IMG/VR virus record: IMGVR_UViG_3300037439_000217
Span: 1,779-65,778 of that record
Reading direction: 5' to 3' (one strand)
Source: a virus
Taxonomy: Duplodnaviria; Caudoviricetes
DNA: 64,000 nucleotides
Shown: one piece after another, positions 9,264 through 18,245 of the stretch
How the letters are laid out: each line of letters starts with the position of its first letter
How positions within the stretch are numbered: the stretch's first letter is position 1
Program-made: the position numbers and the translations under genes
The notes under the pieces: generated by a model
What the model saw: only the letters and a program-made list of their open reading frames with translations
Told to the model about the DNA's origin: nothing
The model's database searches: none

Positions 9264-9656
9264 TCAGCCCCACAGGATGCTGAGCGTCGAGTCGTCGAGC
9301 ATCCCGAGGCCCTTGCCGTAGCGTCCGGCCTCGGCGGCCAGCCGAACGAGCTCGCGGCGGAGGCCCTTGCGCGGCAGCTGCCAGGCGCCGAGGTCGACGC
9401 GAACGTGACGGCCGTCGCGGAGCGTCCCGTAGACGTAGGAGACGTCGAAGAACGGGCAGCCGCGGTCGGTGAGAAGGCGGATGCGGTCGATCCGGATCAG
9501 GTCCGGGTCGGACAGCGGAACGTCGCCCTCGGAGTAGTCGACCGAGTTGTGGTCGTACTCGGCGAACGCGATGTTGTTGTCCTCGTGGACCCCGTACCGG
9601 AAGGCGGTGTCGATCGCGCGGTCCATGGCGGCGAGCTGGTCGGTTGCGGTGGTCAT
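9264..9656 (-). CDS. hypothetical protein (first gene after a class-1 promoter)
   Basis: SD GAGGAG; leader with ACGAGG repeats. Confidence 0.65.
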   Translation of the reverse strand: MTTATDQLAAMDRAIDTAFRYGVHEDNNIAFAEYDHNSVDYSEGDVPLSDPDLIRIDRIRLLTDRGCPFFDVSYVYGTLRDGRHVRVDLGAWQLPRKGLRRELVRLAAEAGRYGKGLGMLDDSTLSILWG

Positions 9657-9697
9657 CTCGGCTCCTCGTGTCCTCGTTCCTCGTCCTTACAACGATG

Positions 9698-9726
9698 ACA
9701 CTAGCATAAACGTGACACGATTGCAA
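9698..9726 (-). promoter_or_regulatory. class-1 (early) promoter
   Basis: TTGCAA-17 nt (TCACGTTTATGC)-TAGTGT on the minus strand. Confidence 0.75.
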
Positions 9727-9757
9727 CCCCGTAGCACGATTATTGTGAGGAACTTTG

Positions 9758-10069
9758 CTACGACTCCAGCATCTCCTCGCTCACCAGCGACTCGACGCGC
9801 GCCGTACCGGCGATCGGCGTTCCGGTCTGCTGCGTCGCGGCGCCGCCCGCCTGGACGCTGTTGTCACGTACGTACGCGACGGTGGAAGACAGCGGGACCA
9901 CCTGTCCCTGCAGGTAGAACGCGACGCCGACCTTGATCGCCGCCATGGCGAGGACCGTCAGGCCGGCGGCCTGCAAACCGATCACCTCTTGAAACGCGGC
10001 ACCGGCGACGATGACATCGAGTCCGGCGAGGATCGACAGCGCGATCAGAACGGGTCGTGGTGTGTTCAT
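9758..10069 (-). CDS. putative holin
   Basis: Two N-terminal hydrophobic helices; lies directly downstream of the endolysin. Confidence 0.65.
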   Translation of the reverse strand: MNTPRPVLIALSILAGLDVIVAGAAFQEVIGLQAAGLTVLAMAAIKVGVAFYLQGQVVPLSSTVAYVRDNSVQAGGAATQQTGTPIAGTARVESLVSEEMLES

Positions 10070-10113
10070 GGGAATCCTCCTTGTGTCTTCAGCACGTGAT
10101 CGCGGATCGCGGA

Positions 10114-11271
10114 CTACTCGACCTCGATCACATCACCGCTGATAGCAATCTTGGTCGGCGTCTTACCTGCCGGCCCTCTGATCTCCTCGGCGTGCGCGGC
10201 CAGCCACCCCTCGACGAACGCCTTGACCTCGGCGTCCGGCGGCTGCACAGCGCTTGGGTTTGCCGTGATCCACGCGGCGACCGCAGCCTGGAGCTGTGCC
10301 GTGGTCGGTGCCGGTCCGGGCGCACCGGGCTTACCAGCATACTTCCTGGAGAAGGCGACCAGCAAGTGCGCGTACACGTACGCGGTGATCGTGTTGCCGT
10401 CTGAGGTTGAGCCGGAGTTGACCGACAGGCTCATCTTCTTGACGGCCGCGGCAGTGGCGGTGTCGTAGGTCGCGCTGCTCTGAACGCCTCCCGCGCGTGG
10501 GAAGCCCGAGTAGCCCAGCATGACCTGCAGGGCCTTGACCCTCTCGCCGGTATTGCCCTTCTTGAGTCCGATCATCGATGCCTCCGGTGTAGTGCTGCCA
10601 CCACCGGTTCCGGTGGCGAGAAGTTGATTGATCTTTGATTGAATGGTCTTCATCACCGCCCACATCTTAGCGCCGGGGCAGGCCTTTGCGCTGACGCATC
10701 GGTGACCGTGGATGCCTCGTGCCGCGGTCTCGGTGATGAACCCGGCCTTGTACATCGTGTAGACGGTGAGGGCGATGATCGACACCACGGCGCTGGTGAC
10801 CGACGTCGACTCCATCCCGCAGAATACGATCGACCGGGCGTTGTAGTTGAGGTTCCACGCGTGTCCAGGCGTCGTGAGATCCCCGCGGTACCCGGGGCAG
10901 GCGGTACCGTGCTTGGTGCACGTGGTGCGCTTCTCGTCGTTGACGGTGTGCGCGCCCCTGCGCCCGACCGGCATGAACTCGTACAGCGCTCCGTTCGGCA
11001 TGACACCGAAGTTGTAGCTGATCCCGGTGTTCGGGAACCGGCTGATGCCGATGCGCTCGATCGCCTGGGCGTGCGCGTCGTTCCCGTTGTAGTTACCGGG
11101 GTTCGTGACCGAGATGTGGATGAAGACCTTCGTGGCCGGGTAAATGACCGGGTTCTCGTCCGTGTACAGCCGCTGGGCGCCCCACTGCGATCGCAGTCGT
11201 ATCGGCGGATGATCTGGGACCGCGTTCCATCGCTCACGTTGCTGTGTGATCGTCGGCGGTCCGTATGCCAT
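10114..11271 (-). CDS. endolysin: N-acetylmuramoyl-L-alanine amidase plus peptidoglycan-binding domain
   Basis: PGRP/Amidase_2 motifs FIHISVT, GISYNF, GAHT and IHGH...ACPG, then LKKGNTGERVKALQ (PG_binding_1-like). Confidence 0.85.
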   Translation of the reverse strand: MAYGPPTITQQRERWNAVPDHPPIRLRSQWGAQRLYTDENPVIYPATKVFIHISVTNPGNYNGNDAHAQAIERIGISRFPNTGISYNFGVMPNGALYEFMPVGRRGAHTVNDEKRTTCTKHGTACPGYRGDLTTPGHAWNLNYNARSIVFCGMESTSVTSAVVSIIALTVYTMYKAGFITETAARGIHGHRCVSAKACPGAKMWAVMKTIQSKINQLLATGTGGGSTTPEASMIGLKKGNTGERVKALQVMLGYSGFPRAGGVQSSATYDTATAAAVKKMSLSVNSGSTSDGNTITAYVYAHLLVAFSRKYAGKPGAPGPAPTTAQLQAAVAAWITANPSAVQPPDAEVKAFVEGWLAAHAEEIRGPAGKTPTKIAISGDVIEVE

Positions 11272-11507
11272 CAGATGTGTCCGATCACTCGAAGTTCCTT
11301 TGCCCTCGGCGCATCGATGATGAGATCGCTGCCATCCGGGTTCAGGTTGGCCTTGCGCCGAGGGTCGCCGTCCTGGTACCGAAGCGGGCAGAACAGGTCG
11401 TCGGGACGCCTATCGTCGCGGTAGTCCGCGGTGTCGACCACGACGAACTGACCCTTGCCCGACCAGTCGACGATGTCGCCCGGCCGCGGGTCGCGAGGCT
11501 CGGTCAC
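11271..11507 (-). CDS. hypothetical protein
   Basis: Coupled to both neighbouring genes. Confidence 0.5.
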   Translation of the reverse strand: MTEPRDPRPGDIVDWSGKGQFVVVDTADYRDDRRPDDLFCPLRYQDGDPRRKANLNPDGSDLIIDAPRAKELRVIGHI

Positions 11508-13159
11508 CCGACTCGCTTCCAGACGTGTCCGCGTCCGGCGACGTGAACGCGGTCGGCGCGTCCGTCGCGACGAAGTCGGTACAGCGAGATGTAGATCAGA
11601 CTCTCTTCCACGTCTGGTACGGCGGCCGCAACCTCGGGGCGTGTCATTCCCTCATCGGTCAGAGCGTTGAAGATCTGCTCATCACGCTTGATTACGTCAT
11701 CCGGACGTGGCCGTCCACGACGCGCCGGCGTGGTCTTCTTTGCCACGGTCTTCTTCGCCGTGGTCTTCTTCGCCGCGGTCTTCTTCGCGGCTGGCTTCGG
11801 CTCGGTCGACTCCTCGGAGACAGGAGCCGGAGCGGGCGATGGAGGCGGAGGTGGAGGCGTCGCCGGCGCCGTCGGTGCTCCCTCGTCGAACGTTGGGTAC
11901 GTCATAAGACTTCCTGTCCTCTGTACGGTGTGTGACGTTGTGATTATATCGGGTTTGCTGCCGTTTGCAGAACGCACCTTGGCTACCGCAATCTCGAACT
12001 CACGATCGCCGATCGACACTCCACGAAGCGACCCCGGTTCGCCGAGGATCGAACGGCGTGCCCAGGTCGCGATCCAGCGTCCGCAGTCGACGGTGATTCC
12101 CTTACCCCAGGTCATCCCAAGACCGCTCGCACTACGGATCGGGTAGATCAGCCAGTCGTCAGGGAACCCCATGATGCGCGCGATCTCGCGATGTGTGAAC
12201 CCGCGCGAGTGATGTGGGTGGACGCCGATGTTTGGTCCCGCACCGGTGACGACGCGTGCGGGTCGTTCCCACGGCCAGCGCACCACCGCGTTGAAGCCGA
12301 AGTCGAAGTTCTTCGCGACCAGCCGCTCCTGCTGTCCTGCCCAGGAGTCCGGCAGCTGTCCATACGTCTCGTAGCACCGACGCGTCTCCTGGGCAACGGT
12401 CCGGCCGGGTTGCCACTGGATCATCTCGGCGAGGTCCGCGAGACGGTGAGCAAACGGGTTCTCCGACCACATGTGACCGTCCACGACTCCGGTCTCCGAG
12501 CGACGCGATGCGGACCAGCGTGTCGCCGGCTCGCGGTATGGCTGCGGCAGCCACGTCCCGTGGAGCGTCTGCAGGTCGCCGATCGCGTCATACAACGTGG
12601 CGGCGAAGGGTAACGTCGGGTGCTCGACCCCGAACTCGACGCGGCTAGCGACCCAGAAGTACCGGCGACGAACCGCAGGGCCACCCAGCGCGTGCGCATC
12701 GTGCTTGACGTGGTACAACGTCCAGCGGGCGCCGGTCAGCTCCTCTAATCGTGCTCTGAGCGCTCGCATCAGTTCGAGGCCCTTGCTGTACGCCGCCTGG
12801 ACGGACTCGAAGATCGCGATGAGTGGCTTGACCCGCGCGGCATACTCGACGAAGTCCCACATGCATCGGTTGATCGGAGAGTCGATCCCGCGGAAGTTCT
12901 TGTGTGACATGCCAGAGAATCCCGAGCACGGCGGGTTCCCGAGCACGAACTCGATCGGTCCGCGTGGCACGCTCCACGCGACCGGGTCGACCGACTCCGC
13001 GTCCCAGCCGTACCCGAGGAGGTGCCGGTTCGCCTCGCAGTTCGCCATGCCGAACCCGGCCGACATCTCGCGCTTGGCGGCTAGCTCGAACCCCGCCTGA
13101 ACGGCGCCGAGTGTGAACCCGCCGGCGAAGCCTTGACAGTCTGCTGCACGCAGTATCAT
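11504..13159 (-). CDS. DNA (cytosine-5) methyltransferase with C-terminal low-complexity/wHTH extension
   Basis: Motif I QGFAGGF, motif IV GNPPCSGFS, motif VI FESV, motif VIII RRRYF, motifs IX/X FTHREIARIMGFP...GKGI. Confidence 0.9.
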   Translation of the reverse strand: MILRAADCQGFAGGFTLGAVQAGFELAAKREMSAGFGMANCEANRHLLGYGWDAESVDPVAWSVPRGPIEFVLGNPPCSGFSGMSHKNFRGIDSPINRCMWDFVEYAARVKPLIAIFESVQAAYSKGLELMRALRARLEELTGARWTLYHVKHDAHALGGPAVRRRYFWVASRVEFGVEHPTLPFAATLYDAIGDLQTLHGTWLPQPYREPATRWSASRRSETGVVDGHMWSENPFAHRLADLAEMIQWQPGRTVAQETRRCYETYGQLPDSWAGQQERLVAKNFDFGFNAVVRWPWERPARVVTGAGPNIGVHPHHSRGFTHREIARIMGFPDDWLIYPIRSASGLGMTWGKGITVDCGRWIATWARRSILGEPGSLRGVSIGDREFEIAVAKVRSANGSKPDIITTSHTVQRTGSLMTYPTFDEGAPTAPATPPPPPPSPAPAPVSEESTEPKPAAKKTAAKKTTAKKTVAKKTTPARRGRPRPDDVIKRDEQIFNALTDEGMTRPEVAAAVPDVEESLIYISLYRLRRDGRADRVHVAGRGHVWKRVG

Positions 13160-13172
13160 ACGATCGACTCTA

Positions 13173-13745
13173 TCAGGAACTCGTACGTCTGTTCGAAGTT
13201 AGTCCTTCGATCAGCTTCGGCGCAAGATACACGCCGCAGCCGAAGCCGAGGCACCGGCCCCAGCCTTCGAGGTGAGGATCACCCTCGACCAGCGCGAACG
13301 CGTTGGGCTCGTCGAGCGCGCGACCGCAGTGCGTGCACTTGGTGGACACACCGTCGTAGCCGTCGCGCTGACGCTGACGGTTGATCTCCTGCTTCTCGTG
13401 GTAGCCGTCCGTCAGCATACGTGCCACGTCGTCGGGCGTGGCATTCGGACAAAGCGCGAGCGCGAGGTTCATGAAGAAGTGCCACGCATCGACCAGCTCG
13501 CCGAACGCCTTGGCACGATTCACATATGTGCCGGTCGCCCACGGCTTCCAGGAGGTCTCGTCGAGCAGTTCAAAGAGCTCTCTGACCGCCGCAAGGGTCA
13601 TGTCCTTGATGTACTCGACGCGCATCTCGAGTCCCATAGATGCGAAGTCATAGCCCATGCTCGCCTGGAACTCGCGCTGCGTCGCGATCATTCGCTCGAG
13701 TCGGCCAAGGTCATGTAGTCCCATCGCTTCTCGCAGTCCCATCAC
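13173..13745 (-). CDS. dimeric all-alpha dUTPase/dCTPase (T4 gp56-like)
   Basis: ELFELLDETSWKPW, GELVDAWHFFMN and YHEKQEINRQRQRDGY. Confidence 0.8.
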   Translation of the reverse strand: MMGLREAMGLHDLGRLERMIATQREFQASMGYDFASMGLEMRVEYIKDMTLAAVRELFELLDETSWKPWATGTYVNRAKAFGELVDAWHFFMNLALALCPNATPDDVARMLTDGYHEKQEINRQRQRDGYDGVSTKCTHCGRALDEPNAFALVEGDPHLEGWGRCLGFGCGVYLAPKLIEGLTSNRRTSS

Positions 13746-13750
13746 TCCTC

Positions 13751-15193
13751 CTACCTCAGTCCGAGCCTACGCTCGATCATGGTCTCGACCCGCCGTTCGT
13801 TCCAGCGCCGCGCCAGCAGGTGACGCTGTGTCTGCACGAGCCACTCCCACGTCTCCGCTCGAGTCGCCGCGTCGAACGCGCGGCCCTGGAACTCCAGCGG
13901 TGTGTCGACCCGCAACCAGCGCGCCAGGTGCAGCTCGTCCTCCGTCCAGTCGTGACGTGCGGACCATAACCCGTCCGCGACCTGCTCGAGACCCTCCGGT
14001 TCGTCCGCGGGCTTGTGACGCACCGGCAGGATCCAGCCCTGGGCGTCGGTGTTACCGAGGAGGAAGCATACGGTGCGTGCGGCGAAGCAGTGCCACGGTT
14101 TGGCGGTCACCCAGCGGGTATCCTGGATCTTGCTCGCCGGCGCGGGAAGCGCGACTGTCACACGCCACGATCCGAGCTGATCTGCGAAGTCGCGCGGCTT
14201 GCCGCGTGTCACCGCGTGGTGCTCCTCGAGGTCCGTCAGCGAGCGGTCGTCCCACTTCCCAAAGAGCTCCGCGTCCGGGAACGCCTCGAGCAGGTAGTTG
14301 CGGACCAGCCAGGACCGGCGCGTCTCCGGTCCGATCTCATTCCAGAACGCGGTCGTCGCGATTCCTGCCTGCTTCCGCTCGTCGAACCCACGACCGCCCC
14401 ATGTGCCCCAGTTCTCGGGCAGCGCGATCAACTCCATCCCGGAGTACACGTACCTGTTGTGCGCGATCCAGAGCTCGCCGTTCCGTGCCGTCTTCGCGTC
14501 AAAACCTACGCCGCACTGGTCAGGTGCACGTGGGTCGCGATACCGCTCGTGCTTGCTTTCACGCTCGAACTCGTACTGCGCCAGGATCTCGTTCGCACCG
14601 GTAGGCCACTTCAGGTCGCGTGGCTTGAGGTAGTTCCGCGGGTCGGCGCAAAGCCAGACGACCGGACGCTGCCCATCCGAGTAGTCTCCGGCGAGGTTCA
14701 GCCCCTCGATCAGGTACCGGCCGTAGTTGCGCGCCCAGGCGTACGTGTTGGTGACGTCCCCGCTGTCCCAGGTCTTATTCGACGGCGGGATCGGGCTGTG
14801 TGTGTTTCCGTGCTGTCCGATGTGCAGGACGAACCCGTCGAGTGTCCCCATCAGTTCGACCACGTACCCTTGGTAGGCCCAGGCGTACCGTCCCTGGTCG
14901 CAGCAATCGAACTGGTGACCGTGAGGTGCGAGCGCCTTGCAGAACGCGCACCGGTGCGCGCCGTCCTTGTGAATGAACGGCGCGCGAGGGACGTCGGGAC
15001 GCCACGCGTTCGTGACGTTCGCCGGCAGGTACGACGCGTCGCCGGTGTTCTTGCCGACGATCACCCACTCGACCTCGGGGTTGCGAAGCGCGAGCCTCTC
15101 GAGAAGCCACGGTGCCTCGCAGTCCCCCTGAAAGCCGAACTTGCCTTGGTTGAACTGGATGTTCCGGCCGAGCTTTGCGTATCCGATCCTCAC
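13751..15193 (-). CDS. GT-B glycosyltransferase, T4 beta-glucosyltransferase-like (DNA base glycosyltransferase 1)
   Basis: MRIGYAKLGRN resembles BGT MKIAIINMGNN; WLCADPR resembles YLFTDIR (catalytic Asp); ELFGKW; WVTAKPWHCFA resembles FITLRVWETMA. Confidence 0.65.
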   Translation of the reverse strand: MRIGYAKLGRNIQFNQGKFGFQGDCEAPWLLERLALRNPEVEWVIVGKNTGDASYLPANVTNAWRPDVPRAPFIHKDGAHRCAFCKALAPHGHQFDCCDQGRYAWAYQGYVVELMGTLDGFVLHIGQHGNTHSPIPPSNKTWDSGDVTNTYAWARNYGRYLIEGLNLAGDYSDGQRPVVWLCADPRNYLKPRDLKWPTGANEILAQYEFERESKHERYRDPRAPDQCGVGFDAKTARNGELWIAHNRYVYSGMELIALPENWGTWGGRGFDERKQAGIATTAFWNEIGPETRRSWLVRNYLLEAFPDAELFGKWDDRSLTDLEEHHAVTRGKPRDFADQLGSWRVTVALPAPASKIQDTRWVTAKPWHCFAARTVCFLLGNTDAQGWILPVRHKPADEPEGLEQVADGLWSARHDWTEDELHLARWLRVDTPLEFQGRAFDAATRAETWEWLVQTQRHLLARRWNERRVETMIERRLGLR

Positions 15194-16293
15194 GTCCCAA
15201 GTACCCTTCTGATCGTACTGACGGTGGCGCTGACGTACGGACGCTCGGCGAACCGCCGCTCGTACATCTTGCGTCCGTACGTCGCAAGATTGCGGTACAC
15301 CTCATCGTATCCTAAGATCGTGTCTAACATCATCGGAGTCGTCTGCAGCGCGGGAGTCAGTCCGTTAGGATCGTAGCCGTTGACGGCGATCGGGACGATC
15401 CCGAAGGCGGCCATCTCCCACGACTTCAGCGTAACGAACTGACGGCAGTGTGTACCGTTCGTGATACTCGGGTAGACGAACGCGGCGCGCCAGTCGCGCG
15501 TCGCCTCGATGAGGTCCTCAACGGGGACCACGTTATCGATGCCGAGGGTGGGCCAGCGGCCAAGTACCTCAACACCTTGTGGAACGCTTCGCACAAGATC
15601 GAGCATGAACTTGCCGACCGCCGGATCGCGCTCTAGCCCGAGAAGACCGATCTTATGCCGTCCCTCGAGGTCAGGTGCCGGGTAGTCGCGCAGTCCGAGC
15701 AGGTCGAGTCCCGCGTACCGATACATATCAGGACCGACCCAGCATCCGGGTGCAGTGTTCGACCAGTCGTACCCGCTTGGAGGATCGAGGTTCGAACCGA
15801 ACCGGTAGGACAGAGCGCCGTTGATCCGCGCCTGCCCGTTCGCCAGTACGCGCCACGGCCACCTGAAGTCGCGCGCCTTGCCGCCGTACCGGACGCCTCG
15901 AGCGTCATCGAGAACCTGGACCGTACGACGCGCGGAGTTGAACGCGCGCGCAGCCTTCGAGAGGTACAGGGATGCGGACTGCAGCGGCTTGACATAGCCT
16001 TCGCCGCGAATGCGCGGTATGTCTTCCAGTCCGATCATCGGCTCCATCGCGTGGAAGACGATCGTCACGTCGAGGTCGCGCGCATCCTCAGGTGTTCCGT
16101 AGTCGAAGCGATCGTCCTCGTTGGTGACGGGTGTCAGGATCGTGATCTTAGCGGCGGATGGCAGCGCGTCGGTCACCTCGTTAAGGAACACGCCGGCGTA
16201 GTCGAGATGCGCCTTGTTCGGGAGCGGCGCGTAGGCTTCCTCCTTGGACGCGCGAAGGCGTCTGATTCCGTACAGCGCGAAACCGATGTTCAC
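15190..16293 (-). CDS. GT-B glycosyltransferase, T4 beta-glucosyltransferase-like (DNA base glycosyltransferase 2)
   Basis: VLDDAR, VEVLGRW and FVTLKSWEMAA (resembles BGT FITLRVWETMA); GTGA-coupled on both sides. Confidence 0.6.
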   Translation of the reverse strand: MNIGFALYGIRRLRASKEEAYAPLPNKAHLDYAGVFLNEVTDALPSAAKITILTPVTNEDDRFDYGTPEDARDLDVTIVFHAMEPMIGLEDIPRIRGEGYVKPLQSASLYLSKAARAFNSARRTVQVLDDARGVRYGGKARDFRWPWRVLANGQARINGALSYRFGSNLDPPSGYDWSNTAPGCWVGPDMYRYAGLDLLGLRDYPAPDLEGRHKIGLLGLERDPAVGKFMLDLVRSVPQGVEVLGRWPTLGIDNVVPVEDLIEATRDWRAAFVYPSITNGTHCRQFVTLKSWEMAAFGIVPIAVNGYDPNGLTPALQTTPMMLDTILGYDEVYRNLATYGRKMYERRFAERPYVSATVSTIRRVLGT

Positions 16294-16982
16294 TGCGGCT
16301 TCCACACCTCGGCAGCGCCGATGTCGTACGTCGATACTGCTACCTGTGCGATGTGTTCGTGCGCGTTGAGCACCGGAGGTCCGATCGGGATCTCGACGGA
16401 CGGCTCGCGGACACCGGTGACAATCCGATGAAGCGCATCATGTGTCGTCTTGACGTGAAGAAGCAGTGGCCCAACCCAGCACAGCACCTCACCGGTCGAC
16501 TCGTCGATGTCGGCCTCCTCGATCGGAACTTTCTCGATCCAGCTAAGAGTTCCATATGCATTACGCCGGAGACGAGTGAAGCGTTCCGCGTCGTGTGGAC
16601 TGACGAGCTGAACGCCGACCGCGGGCTTCGCCTGCGATGCGACCCGCTGCACGTCCGCGAACGTTAACACATTGTCCGCCATGAGCACGAGGACCGTCTG
16701 CTCCTTGACCATCTCGAGTCCGAGCAGCAGCGCGTGACCGGGACCGTGTGCGGTGCGCTGGACCATCAGCTTCGCCGGCTCGTTCTCCAGGACCTGCGAG
16801 ATCGGGAGCGCGTTCTCCGGCGCCACGATGACGATCGGTGTCCGACCGGTCACACGGTGGGCGACCTCGACCGCGTGCCGGATCAGCGGCCTGCCGTTCA
16901 CCACAAGCAGCGGCTTGTGGTACGGCGCGGCGATGCCGTTGAGGCGGGATCCCTTGCCGGCCGCCAGGATCACAGTGTCCAT
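16290..16982 (-). CDS. NDP-sugar pyrophosphorylase / nucleotidyltransferase
   Basis: VILAAGKGSRL...KPLLVVNGRPLI, GPGHAL and VLMADN. Confidence 0.88.
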   Translation of the reverse strand: MDTVILAAGKGSRLNGIAAPYHKPLLVVNGRPLIRHAVEVAHRVTGRTPIVIVAPENALPISQVLENEPAKLMVQRTAHGPGHALLLGLEMVKEQTVLVLMADNVLTFADVQRVASQAKPAVGVQLVSPHDAERFTRLRRNAYGTLSWIEKVPIEEADIDESTGEVLCWVGPLLLHVKTTHDALHRIVTGVREPSVEIPIGPPVLNAHEHIAQVAVSTYDIGAAEVWKPQ

Positions 16983-17503
16983 CTGAACACCTCCACAAGA
17001 AGCTCGTCGCGCGTCATCGTCGACACGTAGTCGATGAACGCGATGCCGGTCGGAAAGTCACCTCGCCGACTTGGTTGATCGTCGATCACGATCGGTCGGA
17101 CACTGATGTCCTTCCAGGCCTGCGCCATCGCCCACCGATCGTGACCGGTCATGCCGTAGTGAATGCGGGTCGGCCGCAGCGAGTAGTGATCGACGATCGC
17201 GTTCACCGCCGCCTTAGATGCGGAGGTCATGATGATCGTCGGTATGCGTCCCTGAAGCCAGCGCAGCGCGTGTCCGCCGGTCAGCAGCGGAACCTCACCG
17301 TCGCGGATCATTGAGACGTAGATCTCATTCTTGACCCGGTGCGCCTTAACACCCTCGGGTGTGTTCGGCATCCACTCGGTGACAGGCTTCCCCCAAAAGT
17401 CGTCGGGCGGAGTGACACCTGCCTCGACGTACGCCTTGAAGACGGCGTCTCGCGAGTCGACGATCACACCGTCACAGTCGAAGACCGTCACGCACGACCG
17501 CAT
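16970..17503 (-). CDS. HAD-superfamily phosphatase
   Basis: VFDCDGVIVDS (DxD motif I), MTS (motif II) and IDDQ (motif IV). Confidence 0.85.
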   Translation of the reverse strand: MRSCVTVFDCDGVIVDSRDAVFKAYVEAGVTPPDDFWGKPVTEWMPNTPEGVKAHRVKNEIYVSMIRDGEVPLLTGGHALRWLQGRIPTIIMTSASKAAVNAIVDHYSLRPTRIHYGMTGHDRWAMAQAWKDISVRPIVIDDQPSRRGDFPTGIAFIDYVSTMTRDELLVEVFRWTL

Positions 17504-18245
17504 CGAACACCTCCAGATACTCGAGCCTCAGCTCCTCGTGGTACGGGATGAGGCGTAGGTAGTGGACCGCACAGAAGTAGTAGGCCGCGACCCGCTCACC
17601 GTCGCCAAGACCGTCGAGGACCAGCTCGACGAGCTCGGGGCAACGGCTGATCTTTCCGTTCTTGATTGCCTCGAACCCGTACAGGGACTGCATGATCTTA
17701 CCGCGATCGGATGCGATCACACCGGGCATCCTGTCGCTGGCCGGGATCGGATCGACCAGCACGATGTCCCCGTTGGAGCGCATTAGTACGTTGTCGATCG
17801 TCGGGTCGCCGTGCACCGCCGCCTCTGCCAGCGCGTCGGGAGATACACGACCGCGAAGCTCCCGGAAGGCGGACTGCATGACGCCATCGGTCGTTGCGCG
17901 GACCAGACGCGAATCGATGTACCGATCGTGGGTCTGCCAGCTGGCGAGGACCGGTGCGCCGTAGTACCAGACGTGCTTCGCCAGGATGCTGACGATCACC
18001 TCAACCAGCGCGGCGACATCGACGACCCGCCACGGCATCTCAAAGAGGCGCTCCATGACATAGCCCGCATCTGTGACGTCGAGTACACGCGGGAACGGTC
18101 CGTGGTACGGCGCGGTGCCGTACCTCTCGAGCCACCGCGCCTGCTCGAGGAGCCGATCGACGACGGCGCGATCGCTGCCTACCTTGTAGGCGTGATCGGA
18201 GGCCACGACAACCGTGGCCCCCGAACTCTGCCGAAGGATGGACAT
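17472..18245 (-). CDS. APH/choline-kinase-like phosphotransferase
   Basis: YVMERL, HGDPTIDNVL (Brenner motif), LVDP and DRGK. True start is ATG 18245; the N-terminal part of the track ORF is a shadow of the upstream gene. Confidence 0.8.
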   Translation of the reverse strand: MSILRQSSGATVVVASDHAYKVGSDRAVVDRLLEQARWLERYGTAPYHGPFPRVLDVTDAGYVMERLFEMPWRVVDVAALVEVIVSILAKHVWYYGAPVLASWQTHDRYIDSRLVRATTDGVMQSAFRELRGRVSPDALAEAAVHGDPTIDNVLMRSNGDIVLVDPIPASDRMPGVIASDRGKIMQSLYGFEAIKNGKISRCPELVELVLDGLGDGERVAAYYFCAVHYLRLIPYHEELRLEYLEVFDAVVRDGLRL

